Positions 28,399 through 38,239 of a stretch of 64,000 nt of DNA are shown here, piece after piece; position 1 is the stretch's first letter, and each line of letters begins with the position of its first letter. This DNA is from Bacteroidales bacterium (GTDB lineage Bacteria > Bacteroidota > Bacteroidia > Bacteroidales > UBA3824): positions 14,878-78,877 of the forward strand of contig JAFXUC010000029.1 of NCBI GenBank assembly GCA_017535325.1, given 5' to 3'. The notes beneath the pieces were generated by a model, which saw only the letters and a list, made by a program, of their open reading frames with translations, was not told the DNA's origin and ran no database searches. A program made the position numbers and the translations under genes.

Positions 28399-29610
28399 TT
28401 ACCCACTAATTTTCTTTACCGGCACTTGCGCCGCCAAAAATCCGATTACCGTTACAACAACAAAACTGATGATGATGTCAACAAATCTTACTTCCACCGG
28501 GTAATAATCTATTATAAACGAGCCGTCAGAGGGAAATGTCAGAAGATGAAACTCTATTTGAACCCAGCATATTAACAGCCCGACAACAAGCCCCGCAACC
28601 GCACCCGTCAGCGTTATAAGTCTGCCCGTGTTGGCAAAAACACTTTTGATAAATCTCTCGTCGCCGCCAAGATACGAAAGGGTCGCAATGTCGTTTTTCT
28701 TGTCGATTATCAGCATCGAAAGTGCGCCCGCTATGTTGAAAGAGGCGATTATGATGATAAAAGTCAGCATTACGATGATTGAAAGTTTCTCCGACTGCAT
28801 GACTTTATAAAGCGTGTCCTGCTGTTGATAACGGTCTTTTACGAGAAAACCGCCGCCGAGAATTTTTTCTATTTTTTTGATTACGGCATCTGTCCGGACG
28901 TTTTCACGGCACGAAATTTCTATCGACGAATACTCCTTTGGCGCGTAATCCAAAATCTCCCTGACAAATTCTACGGGAGCAATTACGTATTTGGCGTCAA
29001 AGTCCTGATGAATGTGAAAAATTCCGGCAGGGGTGATGTCCGTTTTCGTAAAGGCGTTGTAAGGGTTGGTAACGGATATTTTTTCGTTTTTTTTCGGCGC
29101 GTATATCCTGAGCGGCGGAAAACCGCCGAGCGTGATGCCGAGGTTGCCCGCAATGTCGCAGCCTACTACGGCAAACGGTACGCCGGAAACGCTGTCCCTT
29201 AAAACGTAATCGCCTGCGTAAGTGCAGTTTTTGATGCCGCAAATCTTGTCGTAATTTCCGGAAACGCCTTTCAGCGTGCAGATATACTGATAACTGCGGT
29301 ATTCAAAAAGCGCGGTTTCTTCTATTGACGGGGATACGGCTGAGACTTCTTCAAGTTGTTTTAATTCATTGAGTTGAAAGTCTTCGAGCATAAAAGTTTT
29401 GCCGGTTTCCGCCGTTATTTTTATGTCGGGGTCAAACTGGTTTATCATCGAGCGGATAAGAGAGTCAAACCCGTTGAAAACCGATAAAATCACAATCAGA
29501 GCCGCGCTCATTCCCGCTACGCCGAAGACGGAAATCAGCGTTATTATGTTGACAAGGCTCATTTTGCCCGAAAACAAATATCTGAAAGCAAATTTTACGG
29601 GTAATTTCAT
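28399..29610 (-). CDS. FtsX-like ABC transporter permease (LolE/MacB-type)
   Basis: N-terminal FAFRYLFSGK...SLVNIITLISVFGVAGMSAALIVILSVFNGF, a large periplasmic loop, and three C-terminal TM helices. Confidence 0.8.
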   Translation of the reverse strand: MKLPVKFAFRYLFSGKMSLVNIITLISVFGVAGMSAALIVILSVFNGFDSLIRSMINQFDPDIKITAETGKTFMLEDFQLNELKQLEEVSAVSPSIEETALFEYRSYQYICTLKGVSGNYDKICGIKNCTYAGDYVLRDSVSGVPFAVVGCDIAGNLGITLGGFPPLRIYAPKKNEKISVTNPYNAFTKTDITPAGIFHIHQDFDAKYVIAPVEFVREILDYAPKEYSSIEISCRENVRTDAVIKKIEKILGGGFLVKDRYQQQDTLYKVMQSEKLSIIVMLTFIIIIASFNIAGALSMLIIDKKNDIATLSYLGGDERFIKSVFANTGRLITLTGAVAGLVVGLLICWVQIEFHLLTFPSDGSFIIDYYPVEVRFVDIIISFVVVTVIGFLAAQVPVKKISG

Positions 29611-30419
29611 TTTATCGCTTTTACTATCAGTCCCGTGCCTTTTTCGTGTGTTGTGATTGTGTCAATCCAGTCAAGCAAAAAGACAAACGGATAAACTATG
29701 ATGTAATACGGAATCAGTAAAATAAAAAACAGTTTTGAGACATTGAGCATCGTAATAGGCCATTTCATCGACAGAGTCCAAGCCAATGAGCCGGGTTTGC
29801 CGTAAGAATATTTAGCCTCGGCAGTTGAAAAGCCTGCGTTTTTCAGTTTAGTTTTTATGTCTTCGATGTTGTAACCGTCGCGGACATGCTCGTCGATAAA
29901 CGAATGTTCGCCTTCGTGGTGAACGTCAGAGCCGCCTTGGTCTGAGGGCGTGGAAATCAATAAGATACCGCCTTTTTTCAGACTTTTGTTGATGTTTTCA
30001 AAAACTTTTACGTCGTCTTCGATATGCTCCATAACATCTACCGAAAGGGCAAGGTCGTAAGTGTTTTCTTTTTGAAATTCCGTTAAATCGGCATATTCAA
30101 ATTTCACTCTGTCAGAGCGGTGTATTTGCTTAAAAAAATTGTTGCAGTCTTCGATTTGTTCTTCTTTTACGTCAACGCCAAGGATTTTTGCCTTTTTGAG
30201 ATATGACGACATAAAAAAACAATACTGTCCGTAACCGCTGCCGGCATCAAGAATCTGTAATTCTTCCTCGCGGCGGTTGCGGAATTCTTTTTTTATTTCT
30301 TTTTTGATGTACCAGGCTCTTAACAGAAGAAGGTCAAGAAGCCTGTAAAAGAATTTTCTTAAAAACGGGGTTTTGTTGAAAACTTTTCCCAACGAGCGTT
30401 TTACGGGGTCGTATTGCAT
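29607..30419 (-). CDS. class I SAM-dependent methyltransferase with C-terminal membrane segment
   Basis: Motif I ILDAGSGYGQY and post-I LGVDV. Hydrophobic tail. Confidence 0.7.
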   Translation of the reverse strand: MQYDPVKRSLGKVFNKTPFLRKFFYRLLDLLLLRAWYIKKEIKKEFRNRREEELQILDAGSGYGQYCFFMSSYLKKAKILGVDVKEEQIEDCNNFFKQIHRSDRVKFEYADLTEFQKENTYDLALSVDVMEHIEDDVKVFENINKSLKKGGILLISTPSDQGGSDVHHEGEHSFIDEHVRDGYNIEDIKTKLKNAGFSTAEAKYSYGKPGSLAWTLSMKWPITMLNVSKLFFILLIPYYIIVYPFVFLLDWIDTITTHEKGTGLIVKAIK

Positions 30420-30424
30420 GATTT

Positions 30425-30769
30425 TTATTTTTTATCCTTGTCCAACAACTGCTGAATCCTTTCCGCGTAGTCAAGTGTCTCGTCTTTGAGGAAAATCAGT
30501 TCGGGGATTCTCCTCAACTGAAAACGGATTTTTTTAGCGGTTTCAAAACGGATTTCTTTTGTGTCTTCTTCTATCTTTTGAAAAACTTCGTTGCGTTTTT
30601 CATTCGGAAAAATAGATACAAAAATCCTTGCTTCGTCCAAATCGGGAGTAATTCTGACCTCCGAAACCGAAATCATTGCGCCCGTATAGTTTTGACTGTT
30701 GAGAAGGAAATAATTTGCCAACTCCTTTTGTAAAAGTCTGCTTATTTTGCTTTGTCTTGTAGAGTCCAT
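30425..30769 (-). CDS. rbfA: ribosome-binding factor A
   Basis: R.SKISRLLQKELANYF...VSEVRITPDLDEARIFVS. Confidence 0.88.
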   Translation of the reverse strand: MDSTRQSKISRLLQKELANYFLLNSQNYTGAMISVSEVRITPDLDEARIFVSIFPNEKRNEVFQKIEEDTKEIRFETAKKIRFQLRRIPELIFLKDETLDYAERIQQLLDKDKK

Positions 30770-30824
30770 TATTTATAAATTTTCCACAAAGGTAGAAAAT
30801 TTATAAATAATAAACAAAACTTTT

Positions 30825-33296
30825 TTAAAAATCGCCGCCGTCAAAGCCGCCTTCCATGTCGCCGCCTTCGCCTCTGTCGTCGCCTTCTTCCATGTCGCCC
30901 GGACGTTTTTCCTTAAAGTTGTTGAACTTGTAGGAAATTCCGAGATTCCAGACCGGAGCGGCGCGGTATCTTTCTGTATAGAGCCAGTATGCGGGTGTGT
31001 CGGTAGTGGATTTGCGCTTGTGCGCTCCCGTCATATCCCTCATGCTGAAAGAAACAGAAACTTTCTTTTTGAAAAGGCTCTGACGGATTGCAAGTCCGAG
31101 GTCAAAGTCGCCTTTGTTGTCCGAAATAAGAGTCTTGTTCTTGCCGTTCAAGCGGAAAGTCAACTGAACTTTTGTGCTTTTGCCCGGAGAGAGCGACAAG
31201 GTCTCTTTTGTGCGCCATGTCTGACCGTTTCTTGACAGGTCTTCTCCGTCGTAAGTACCGCGTATGTAATATTTTCTCATTTCAAATGTCGCGTTGAAGC
31301 GTATCCATTTGTTGATGTCGTAGTTGCCGGTAAATTCAAGACCGAAGTTGTTGTTTGTTGAGAGGTTTTCAAAACGCGAGAGCAAAATGCCCGAACCGTC
31401 CTGCATAAGATAACTTACGTTTTCGGTTGCGCCGTCGGTGTGGTTGTAAAACGTCTCCATCGCAAAAAACACCTTGTCGAAATTCATCTGATAGTTGAGT
31501 TCCATAACGTCGGTGTACTGCGGTTTCAAGTCAGGATTTCCGACCCTGCGCGAATATTCGTCGGAATATGCGGGAAAAGGATTCAGAGCCTGTTCCCACG
31601 GACGGCGGATTCTGCGCGAATAGCCCGCCTGCAAAGAGTTTCTCTCGCCGACCTGTTTTGAAACGTGAACCGACGGAAAAAGGTCAAAACGGTTGATTGT
31701 GTATGTCGAATCCGAAAAGCCGTTTTCCGTATCCATCTGGCGGTAAGTGTATTCGCCTCTTAAACCGAGTTGCAGTCCGAACGTTCCGAATTTACGTCCG
31801 AAAGTCGTGTAAACCGACGAAATTGAGCGCAAAAATGTTACGTCGTTTGTAAATTCAGGATTTTGGGTATAAGCGTCCGATGCCTGAACATAGTCGTAAA
31901 AATCATAGTCAGTAACGGCATGGTTGAAATCCTCCTGAAAGCCCGCCTCAAACTTGCCGTCATTGTCAAAAGGCTTTGTGTAGTCGAGGTTGAAACGGCC
32001 TCTGTTCGTTACTTTGCCGTTGTCAATGTCGTGTCCCGTCTTTTTGCCGGTCTGTATTACGTTTTGAATAAAACTGTTGTCCTCGTCGCGGTTGTTGTGC
32101 GAGAAAAAGGCGTTTGCGTTCAGTTTGTGTCCCTTGCCCGCAAAATTGCGCGTGTAAGAGAAGTTCGTGTTGAAATATTTTGACTCGTCTTCGCTGTCGG
32201 TTTTTGAGGTAACGTCTTCTATGTCAAACTGTTCGTCTGAATTAAGAAGTTGTGTCCAGTTGTTGTAGGTGTTGTGTCCGTCATTGTCGCCGCCCCATTT
32301 TCCGCCTTCAAGCGAAAAGTTGAAAAGGTTGTTGTCATTGGCGTAAAAATCCAGACCGGACCTCAGACCGTAGCCTCCGAAACGGCTTTCGTGGTCGGCA
32401 ATCTGATTGACGTATTTGTCGTATTTGTCTTCAACCTTTTTGGTAATCCGGTTTGACTCGTTGTGAAAATTGAAGCCCCTGCGGTTGTAATATCCGCCTA
32501 CAAAAACATTTACTTTGCCGGAGCGTTTGTTGACAAGAAAGTCGCCGCCGTAGCGTCCCTGGCTTCCTACGTTGGCGTTGATAACGCCGTTTACGCCCTG
32601 AACCATGTTTTTCTTGGTAACAAGATTGATGATACCCGTTGTGCCTTCTGGGTCGTATTTCGCTGACGGATTGGTGATTATCTCGATGTTGTCAATCATT
32701 GCGGCGGGAGTCTGTTTCAAGACGTCGGCAGCGTCCAAAGAGGTCGGCTTTCCGTCTATCAGGACGGTGAAGTTGCTGCTGCCGCGTAAAGAGACGTTGC
32801 CGTCAATGTCCACGTCAACGCTCGGAACGCCTTCAAGAGCGTCTGCCGCGCTTCCGTTGTCAGCATTGACATCGGTGGAAAGATTGATGACTTTTTTGTC
32901 AAGTTGGTAACTGATGTCTTTTTTCTGTGCGGTGATTTCCACCTCTTCGATTTCGGCGTCAGAGGTTTCAAGTTTTATGACGCCCAGGTCAACGTCCTTG
33001 CCCTGAACGTTGATGTCCCTGATTATTTTTTCGTTGTAACCGATAAATGAGGCTTTCAGATAGTAAATTCCGCTTTTTACGCCTTCAATTTTGAAAAGTC
33101 CGCCCGGCATTGTGATTGTTCCCGTAACAAGGGCGTCGGTTGTCTGATTGTAGATTGCGACCGTTGCGTATTCAACGCTCTGGCTTGTTTTGCTGTCAAT
33201 AATTTTGCCCGAAATTGCCGATTTGTCTTCCGGACCGGCGTATGCAACGCCAAGACACATTATAAAAAGTGTCAAAAAGGAAAAAATTGTTTTCAT
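30825..33296 (-). CDS. TonB-dependent / outer-membrane beta-barrel receptor with carboxypeptidase-regulatory-like domain
   Basis: 823 aa. ISGKIIDSKTSQSVEYATVAIY...GLFKIEGVKSGIYYLKASFIGY, plug-like ALEGVPSVDVDIDGNVSLRGS, and an acidic Gly-rich C-terminal tail. Confidence 0.8.
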   Translation of the reverse strand: MKTIFSFLTLFIMCLGVAYAGPEDKSAISGKIIDSKTSQSVEYATVAIYNQTTDALVTGTITMPGGLFKIEGVKSGIYYLKASFIGYNEKIIRDINVQGKDVDLGVIKLETSDAEIEEVEITAQKKDISYQLDKKVINLSTDVNADNGSAADALEGVPSVDVDIDGNVSLRGSSNFTVLIDGKPTSLDAADVLKQTPAAMIDNIEIITNPSAKYDPEGTTGIINLVTKKNMVQGVNGVINANVGSQGRYGGDFLVNKRSGKVNVFVGGYYNRRGFNFHNESNRITKKVEDKYDKYVNQIADHESRFGGYGLRSGLDFYANDNNLFNFSLEGGKWGGDNDGHNTYNNWTQLLNSDEQFDIEDVTSKTDSEDESKYFNTNFSYTRNFAGKGHKLNANAFFSHNNRDEDNSFIQNVIQTGKKTGHDIDNGKVTNRGRFNLDYTKPFDNDGKFEAGFQEDFNHAVTDYDFYDYVQASDAYTQNPEFTNDVTFLRSISSVYTTFGRKFGTFGLQLGLRGEYTYRQMDTENGFSDSTYTINRFDLFPSVHVSKQVGERNSLQAGYSRRIRRPWEQALNPFPAYSDEYSRRVGNPDLKPQYTDVMELNYQMNFDKVFFAMETFYNHTDGATENVSYLMQDGSGILLSRFENLSTNNNFGLEFTGNYDINKWIRFNATFEMRKYYIRGTYDGEDLSRNGQTWRTKETLSLSPGKSTKVQLTFRLNGKNKTLISDNKGDFDLGLAIRQSLFKKKVSVSFSMRDMTGAHKRKSTTDTPAYWLYTERYRAAPVWNLGISYKFNNFKEKRPGDMEEGDDRGEGGDMEGGFDGGDF

Positions 33297-33354
33297 TCTC
33301 AGTTTGATAATGTCTTTTTTCCTTTTTGACGGTAAAATTTTTGAAAGGTTTAAT

Positions 33355-33966
33355 TTATTTTACAGAAAAATCCAAAACTTTTTTGTCTTTTAAGAAACCT
33401 TCTACTTTGTCGCCGATATTCAGCCTGCCGACACCTTCGGGCGTACCGGTAAAAATCAGGTCGCCGGTTTTCAAGGTTACAAACTTTGAAATGTAGGATA
33501 TAATCTTGTCGCAAGAGAAAATCATGTTTTGAGAGTTACCTTTCTGAACCTCTTTGCCGTTGATTTTCAGGGAGAAATCCACGTCGTTTATGGTGTCGAA
33601 CTCCGTTTTGTTAACAAAATCGCCCACGGGTGCCGACGAGTCAAAACCTTTTGACAAAAACCACGGCAGACCTTTTTTGCGGGCTTCGTTTTGGACGTCG
33701 CGTGCTGTGATGTCAAGTCCGACGGTGATTTCGTCATAATAGCGGCAGGCAAATTTTTCTTCGATACATTTGCCCATTTTGCCGATTTTTATGACAAGTT
33801 CCGTTTCGTATTCCACCTGGGAAGAAAAATCGGGAAGATAAAAATCGTAATGGTTTCTAAGCAAAGCAGTTTCCGGTTTTATGAAAAAAACCGGATTTTC
33901 TTCCGCCCGCATTTTTATTTCTTCGTTGTGTTTCGGATAATTTGCTGCAACACAAAAGATTTTCAT
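33355..33966 (-). CDS. fumarylacetoacetate hydrolase (FAH) family protein
   Basis: NPVFFIKP...EYETELVIKIG...DITARD...GDLIFTGTPEGVG. Confidence 0.85.
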   Translation of the reverse strand: MKIFCVAANYPKHNEEIKMRAEENPVFFIKPETALLRNHYDFYLPDFSSQVEYETELVIKIGKMGKCIEEKFACRYYDEITVGLDITARDVQNEARKKGLPWFLSKGFDSSAPVGDFVNKTEFDTINDVDFSLKINGKEVQKGNSQNMIFSCDKIISYISKFVTLKTGDLIFTGTPEGVGRLNIGDKVEGFLKDKKVLDFSVK

Positions 33967-33971
33967 TTTTT

Positions 33972-34379
33972 TTAGTTTTTCGTCATGTCCACCGTACCGG
34001 TAGTTGTACCGTTGAAAGTCAGTGTGGTTGTGCTTTTAAGTTCGCCGCTGTAATTTACGTTGTCGTCGCCTGTGCCGGAAAACTTGCCGTCAGCCTCGTT
34101 AAAGGTGTAAGTGATTTTTACATTCTGTGCAACGGGGTCTGTGTTTTTGGCAACAGTTTTTTTGAAATATGTCAACGTCATATCGCTTGTTGACGTAACT
34201 TTCAATGTTACAGTGCCAGCCTCGTTGTTGCCTGTCCAAGTTGACGAAGCAAACGATGTTGCCGTCAAAAATTTTGCTGTCTGTTCAGGCTCTTTGTCTT
34301 TGTTGTCTTTTTTGCTGCATGATGCCAAACAAATAACCGTCATCAAAAAAACGGTGAATAATGTTGTGATTTTTTTCAT
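33972..34379 (-). CDS. small lipoprotein, unknown function
   Basis: Lipobox LASCSKK, Thr-rich beta-type sequence, 135 aa. Confidence 0.55.
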   Translation of the reverse strand: MKKITTLFTVFLMTVICLASCSKKDNKDKEPEQTAKFLTATSFASSTWTGNNEAGTVTLKVTSTSDMTLTYFKKTVAKNTDPVAQNVKITYTFNEADGKFSGTGDDNVNYSGELKSTTTLTFNGTTTGTVDMTKN

Positions 34380-34465
34380 TTTGATATACTTTTTAAAATG
34401 TTAGAAAAACTGCGGCAAAGTTAAGATTTTTTTTGGATATTTTGCTTTCGCTTTCGGAAAATTTT

Positions 34466-34473
34466 TATTTTTG
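34466..34473 (+). promoter_or_regulatory. Bacteroidota -7 box (TATTTTTG)
   Basis: TAnnTTTG match 24 nt upstream of the ATG at 34497. Confidence 0.5.
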
Positions 34474-34496
34474 CAGCAAAAAAACTTTAAAAACTA

Positions 34497-36296
34497 ATGA
34501 ACATCAAACAACTTTTCCAAAACGTCTGGCCGTTTGTAAAGCCTTACAAATGGCTCGTTTTGCTGACGCTTATTCTGACCTTTGTATCTTCGTTGGCGGC
34601 TCAGGTCAACGCCGTGGTCTTGGACAAAACCGTTGACGCAATCAACGGACTTTTGCATATTGAAGGCGGTTTTCAGTGGTCAGAGGCGACAAGAATTTTG
34701 ACAATTATTTCCATAATTCTCTTGGGAAAAGAGGTTTTGGTGGCGGTGATAACCTTCGGTCAGAGGTTTTTCGGTGAAAAGTTAAAAATCTTTGTTTCAA
34801 GGGATTTGGCAAAAGCGGTCATCGAAAAAGTCCTGACTTTCAAAGTGGCTTTTTTTACCAAGGACGAAAACAAGCCCGGAATGGTTCAGACCCGTATCGA
34901 CAGGGGCGTTAATTCTATCTGCATGGCGGTCAACAACTTTTTTCTTGACATTCTGCCCGCCGCAACGAGTGCCGTTATCGCGCTGATTCTCATGTTTTTG
35001 GCTAATTTTTACGTCGGACTGACTGCGCTTTTGATTGTCCCCGTATACTTTTATATTACGTACCGTCAGGTTCAAAAACTCAAAGGCTGGCGCAGAAACA
35101 TGCGTTCAAACCACGAGGCAAAGTCAAACGGAATTATGAACATAATTCAGTCGATGACGGTCATAAAAAGTTTCAACCGCGAAGAAATCGAAAACGAAAA
35201 GCAGTACGCGCTTCAACTTCAACTCACTGACAACGAGATGAATACGCGGCGTTACAGTTTTCTTTTCAACTCTTTGAAAACTTTTACCGAGCAAATCGGC
35301 ACGGTTTTGATTATCATTCTGACGGCGTATCTTGTCCTGATTGACTATCCGGGCATGACAATCGGCAAAATTATGTATCACATTATGCTTTTTGCCAACG
35401 TTACCGCTCCGATACGTCAACTGCATTTCATTTACGACAACTTGAACGATGCAATGATTTACGCCGAAGGCTTTTTTGATATTCTTAACAACAACGAAGA
35501 TTGCGAAAAATCAGGAGGTTATCGTCCCGAAAAAGTGAAAGGCAATTTTGAAATTTCGGGCGTGGATTTCACTTATCCAAACGGCACAAAAGCCTTGACA
35601 AATATCAACATGAACATTCAGAGCGGCAAAATAACGGCGTTTGTGGGCTTGTCGGGCGCGGGCAAAAGTACGATTGTCAATCTTTTGGATAAGTTTTACG
35701 AGCCTCAGACGGGTTCTATAAAACTTGACGGTGTTGACATCAGGGACTGGGACACGCGGTTTTTGCGTGAAAACATCGGTCTTGTGCTTCAAAAGAATCA
35801 TATTTTTGACGGTTCAATTGAAGAGAACATCCGTTACGGCAAGCCGGATGCTGACTTTTCGGAAGTGGAAGAGGCGGCAAAAAAGGCATATATTTACGAT
35901 ATGATTGTTAAAATGCCGGAGGGTTTTAAGACGAATGCGACAGAACTTTCTGGCGGTCAGCAGCAAAGAATTGCGATTGCGAGAATGTTTTTGAAGAATC
36001 CGCCGATAATTTTTCTTGACGAGCCGACAGCAAGTCTTGACGCGGTTGCAACCGAACAAATAAAGAACGCCATTGACGCCATAAAACAGAACCGCACTGT
36101 TGTAATAATTTCGCACTCGATTTCGCAAATTATTGATTCAGAGATGATTTACGCTTTGAAAGAGGGCAAGGTCGAGCAGCATGGCAACCCGGATGAAATT
36201 TACTGTCAAGGCGGAATTTACAAGGAGATTTTTGACGCTTCGGCGCGGAGTCTTAATATTGACAAGATTATTAAGACGACACAGTCAAACGACTGA
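34497..36296 (+). CDS. ABC transporter, fused permease/ATP-binding protein (MsbA-like exporter)
   Basis: Six-TM N-terminal half. Walker A GLSGAGKST, signature LSGGQQQR, Walker B IIFLDEPT. Confidence 0.9.
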   Translation: MNIKQLFQNVWPFVKPYKWLVLLTLILTFVSSLAAQVNAVVLDKTVDAINGLLHIEGGFQWSEATRILTIISIILLGKEVLVAVITFGQRFFGEKLKIFVSRDLAKAVIEKVLTFKVAFFTKDENKPGMVQTRIDRGVNSICMAVNNFFLDILPAATSAVIALILMFLANFYVGLTALLIVPVYFYITYRQVQKLKGWRRNMRSNHEAKSNGIMNIIQSMTVIKSFNREEIENEKQYALQLQLTDNEMNTRRYSFLFNSLKTFTEQIGTVLIIILTAYLVLIDYPGMTIGKIMYHIMLFANVTAPIRQLHFIYDNLNDAMIYAEGFFDILNNNEDCEKSGGYRPEKVKGNFEISGVDFTYPNGTKALTNINMNIQSGKITAFVGLSGAGKSTIVNLLDKFYEPQTGSIKLDGVDIRDWDTRFLRENIGLVLQKNHIFDGSIEENIRYGKPDADFSEVEEAAKKAYIYDMIVKMPEGFKTNATELSGGQQQRIAIARMFLKNPPIIFLDEPTASLDAVATEQIKNAIDAIKQNRTVVIISHSISQIIDSEMIYALKEGKVEQHGNPDEIYCQGGIYKEIFDASARSLNIDKIIKTTQSND

Positions 36297-36312
36297 TTTT
36301 CAAGCAGACGGC

Positions 36313-36654
36313 TTAATCCAAGTTATTCTTTTTGATTAATCGTTGGATTTCCTTGTCGGAAATGCTGTCTTGCTCTGATTTGTCGTAAATAGTTAAAAGT
36401 GTGGTGTTTACACCGTCAGTCTCAATGATGACATTATGTGTTATGACTCTTGCGCCGCCGCTTTTGCCCTTGTTTTTTGATGCGATTGCCATTCTGACTT
36501 TGCGGACATTATGCCCCAAATCCGTCCCTAAGAACGGATTTGCCGTTAATTCTTCAAGAAAACTTTTATAGTCTTCTTTAATTGATTTGTAGCGTTTTGA
36601 AAGTCTTTTAAATTCACGCACAAAATCCGGAGAAGCAAATATTCTACAATTCAT
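36313..36654 (-). CDS. RelE/HigB-like type II toxin (cassette 3)
   Basis: 113 aa. F..EFKRLSKRY...LGHNVRKVRMAIASKNKGKSGGARVI is typical of this addiction-module toxin family. Overlaps the upstream small ORF by 11 nt. Confidence 0.7.
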   Translation of the reverse strand: MNCRIFASPDFVREFKRLSKRYKSIKEDYKSFLEELTANPFLGTDLGHNVRKVRMAIASKNKGKSGGARVITHNVIIETDGVNTTLLTIYDKSEQDSISDKEIQRLIKKNNLD

Positions 36655-36889
36655 TTAACAGTTCCTCCGCTGGTATGCATTTGATTTTGCCTTCTTTAAT
36701 TAAATTGACTTGTGCCAAAGCATGGTCAATTTGTTCAAGTGTTTTTTGTTTTTCTTTTTCCTGCGCCCGTTTCCGTTTGTTTTCGGCGAGTTTTTTTACG
36801 TAGTCAATTATCTGACGAAGAATGTCTTTGTCGTCGGCAACCTCGCCCATAACACGGAACAATTCGGCGTTTAACTGTAATGCTGTCAT
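36644..36889 (-). CDS. putative antitoxin of cassette 3
   Basis: 81 aa, helical, charged (KRKRAQEKEKQK). Overlaps the toxin start. Confidence 0.55.
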   Translation of the reverse strand: MTALQLNAELFRVMGEVADDKDILRQIIDYVKKLAENKRKRAQEKEKQKTLEQIDHALAQVNLIKEGKIKCIPAEELLNEL

Positions 36890-36974
36890 AATTTTAAACT
36901 TTTTTTCTGCGCAAAGATAACAACGCCAGAAGAAAAAACAAAATTTATTTCCGGCAAAAACGGCTAATACTTAG

Positions 36975-38066
36975 TTAGTTTTTAATCAATTCATAACACG
37001 TACTTCTGCCGTTGGATTCCGTTTTTATCAAAACCCCTTTTTTTACCAAATCCTGAATGTCCCTGAGTGCAGTGTCAGGCGAACATTTTGCAATTTTTGC
37101 CCATTTGCCGGTTTGAAGTTTGCCTTCAAAACCGTCCCAAAGCATATTGATTATTTTTATCTGACGCGGATTAAATCCAGCCAAACGGTATTTGTCCCAA
37201 AACGCCGCTTTTTGCAAAGTTTTGTCCGTTGTCAGCAAGGCTTTTTTAACGGACTGATTAAGACAGTCCAAAAACCACAAAAGCCATTCTGAAATATCCA
37301 AACCGCCTTTTTGTGTGCTTTCCAAAACGCTGTAATACGATTTACGGTTTTCTGCAATAGCCGCCGACATACTGTAAAAACGGTTACGGCTTTTGTCGCT
37401 GCGAGCCAAAAGCATGTCCATGATAGTACGTCCGAGCCGTCCGTTGCCGTCGCTGAAAGGGTGAATCGTTACAAACCACAAATGCGCTATTGCCGCTTTT
37501 ATTATGCCGTCAACATTTGAGGTTTCGACAAATTTAAAAAGATCTTCCATCATTCCCGGAATCTGCGATGACGGCGGTGCTTCGTAATGCACCATTTCGC
37601 TGCCGTAACGTCCTGAAACCACCTGCATTGGCAAACTGCTTTTACGGTATTCACCCACCGTTATTTTTTCAAAACTTTTTACGGACGGGAAAAGAAGCGT
37701 ATGCCAGCGGAACAGTCTTTCGCTTTTCAGCGGCTCGTCATAATTGCTTACCGCGTCCAACATTACCTCAACAACGCCTTCAACATAACGGTTTGAGGCG
37801 GGAACACCGGCGTTTTCTAATCCAAGTTGCCACGCCACTGACGAGCGCACGTCGTCGCGGCTGAGCATAATGCCTTCTATTGCCGATGACATCAAAATAT
37901 CAGCGGTCATTGAATCAAGAACGGTGGAATTTTTTACGTCAAAACCGAGCGTTGCCATCATTCCCGAAAGCCGTCCTATTTCGAGTTTGACGTCAGAAAG
38001 CCTTTGTAATACTTTTTCTTTGTCCCAAACAAAATGCGGAAAATCTTTTTCTTGCCAGATATACAT
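36975..38066 (-). CDS. Fic/DOC family protein (class II Fic with N-terminal inhibitory motif, C-terminal wHTH)
   Basis: Start moved to the ATG at 38066 (MYIWQEKDFPHF). Canonical active site HPFSDGNGRLGRT (HxFx[DE]GNGRxxR). The upstream SSAIEG matches the [ST]xxxE[GN] auto-inhibition motif. Confidence 0.88.
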   Translation of the reverse strand: MYIWQEKDFPHFVWDKEKVLQRLSDVKLEIGRLSGMMATLGFDVKNSTVLDSMTADILMSSAIEGIMLSRDDVRSSVAWQLGLENAGVPASNRYVEGVVEVMLDAVSNYDEPLKSERLFRWHTLLFPSVKSFEKITVGEYRKSSLPMQVVSGRYGSEMVHYEAPPSSQIPGMMEDLFKFVETSNVDGIIKAAIAHLWFVTIHPFSDGNGRLGRTIMDMLLARSDKSRNRFYSMSAAIAENRKSYYSVLESTQKGGLDISEWLLWFLDCLNQSVKKALLTTDKTLQKAAFWDKYRLAGFNPRQIKIINMLWDGFEGKLQTGKWAKIAKCSPDTALRDIQDLVKKGVLIKTESNGRSTCYELIKN

Positions 38067-38207
38067 ATTGTTTAATTTTTTTCTGCGGTGAATAACCGGT
38101 CTAATCACCGCAAATTCTGCGGCGAATATAATAATTTTTCACCGCATAGAAAAGAAAAAGTAAAAAAAATAAAATTCCAAACATTTTGCGATTTTCGGCA
38201 AAAGTAT

Positions 38208-38215
38208 TATTTTTG
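38208..38215 (+). promoter_or_regulatory. Bacteroidota -7 box (TATTTTTG)
   Basis: TAnnTTTG match 25 nt upstream of the ATG at 38240. Supports the shorter start for the TIR gene. Confidence 0.5.
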
Positions 38216-38239
38216 TGCAGTAAATCAACAGCAAAAAAC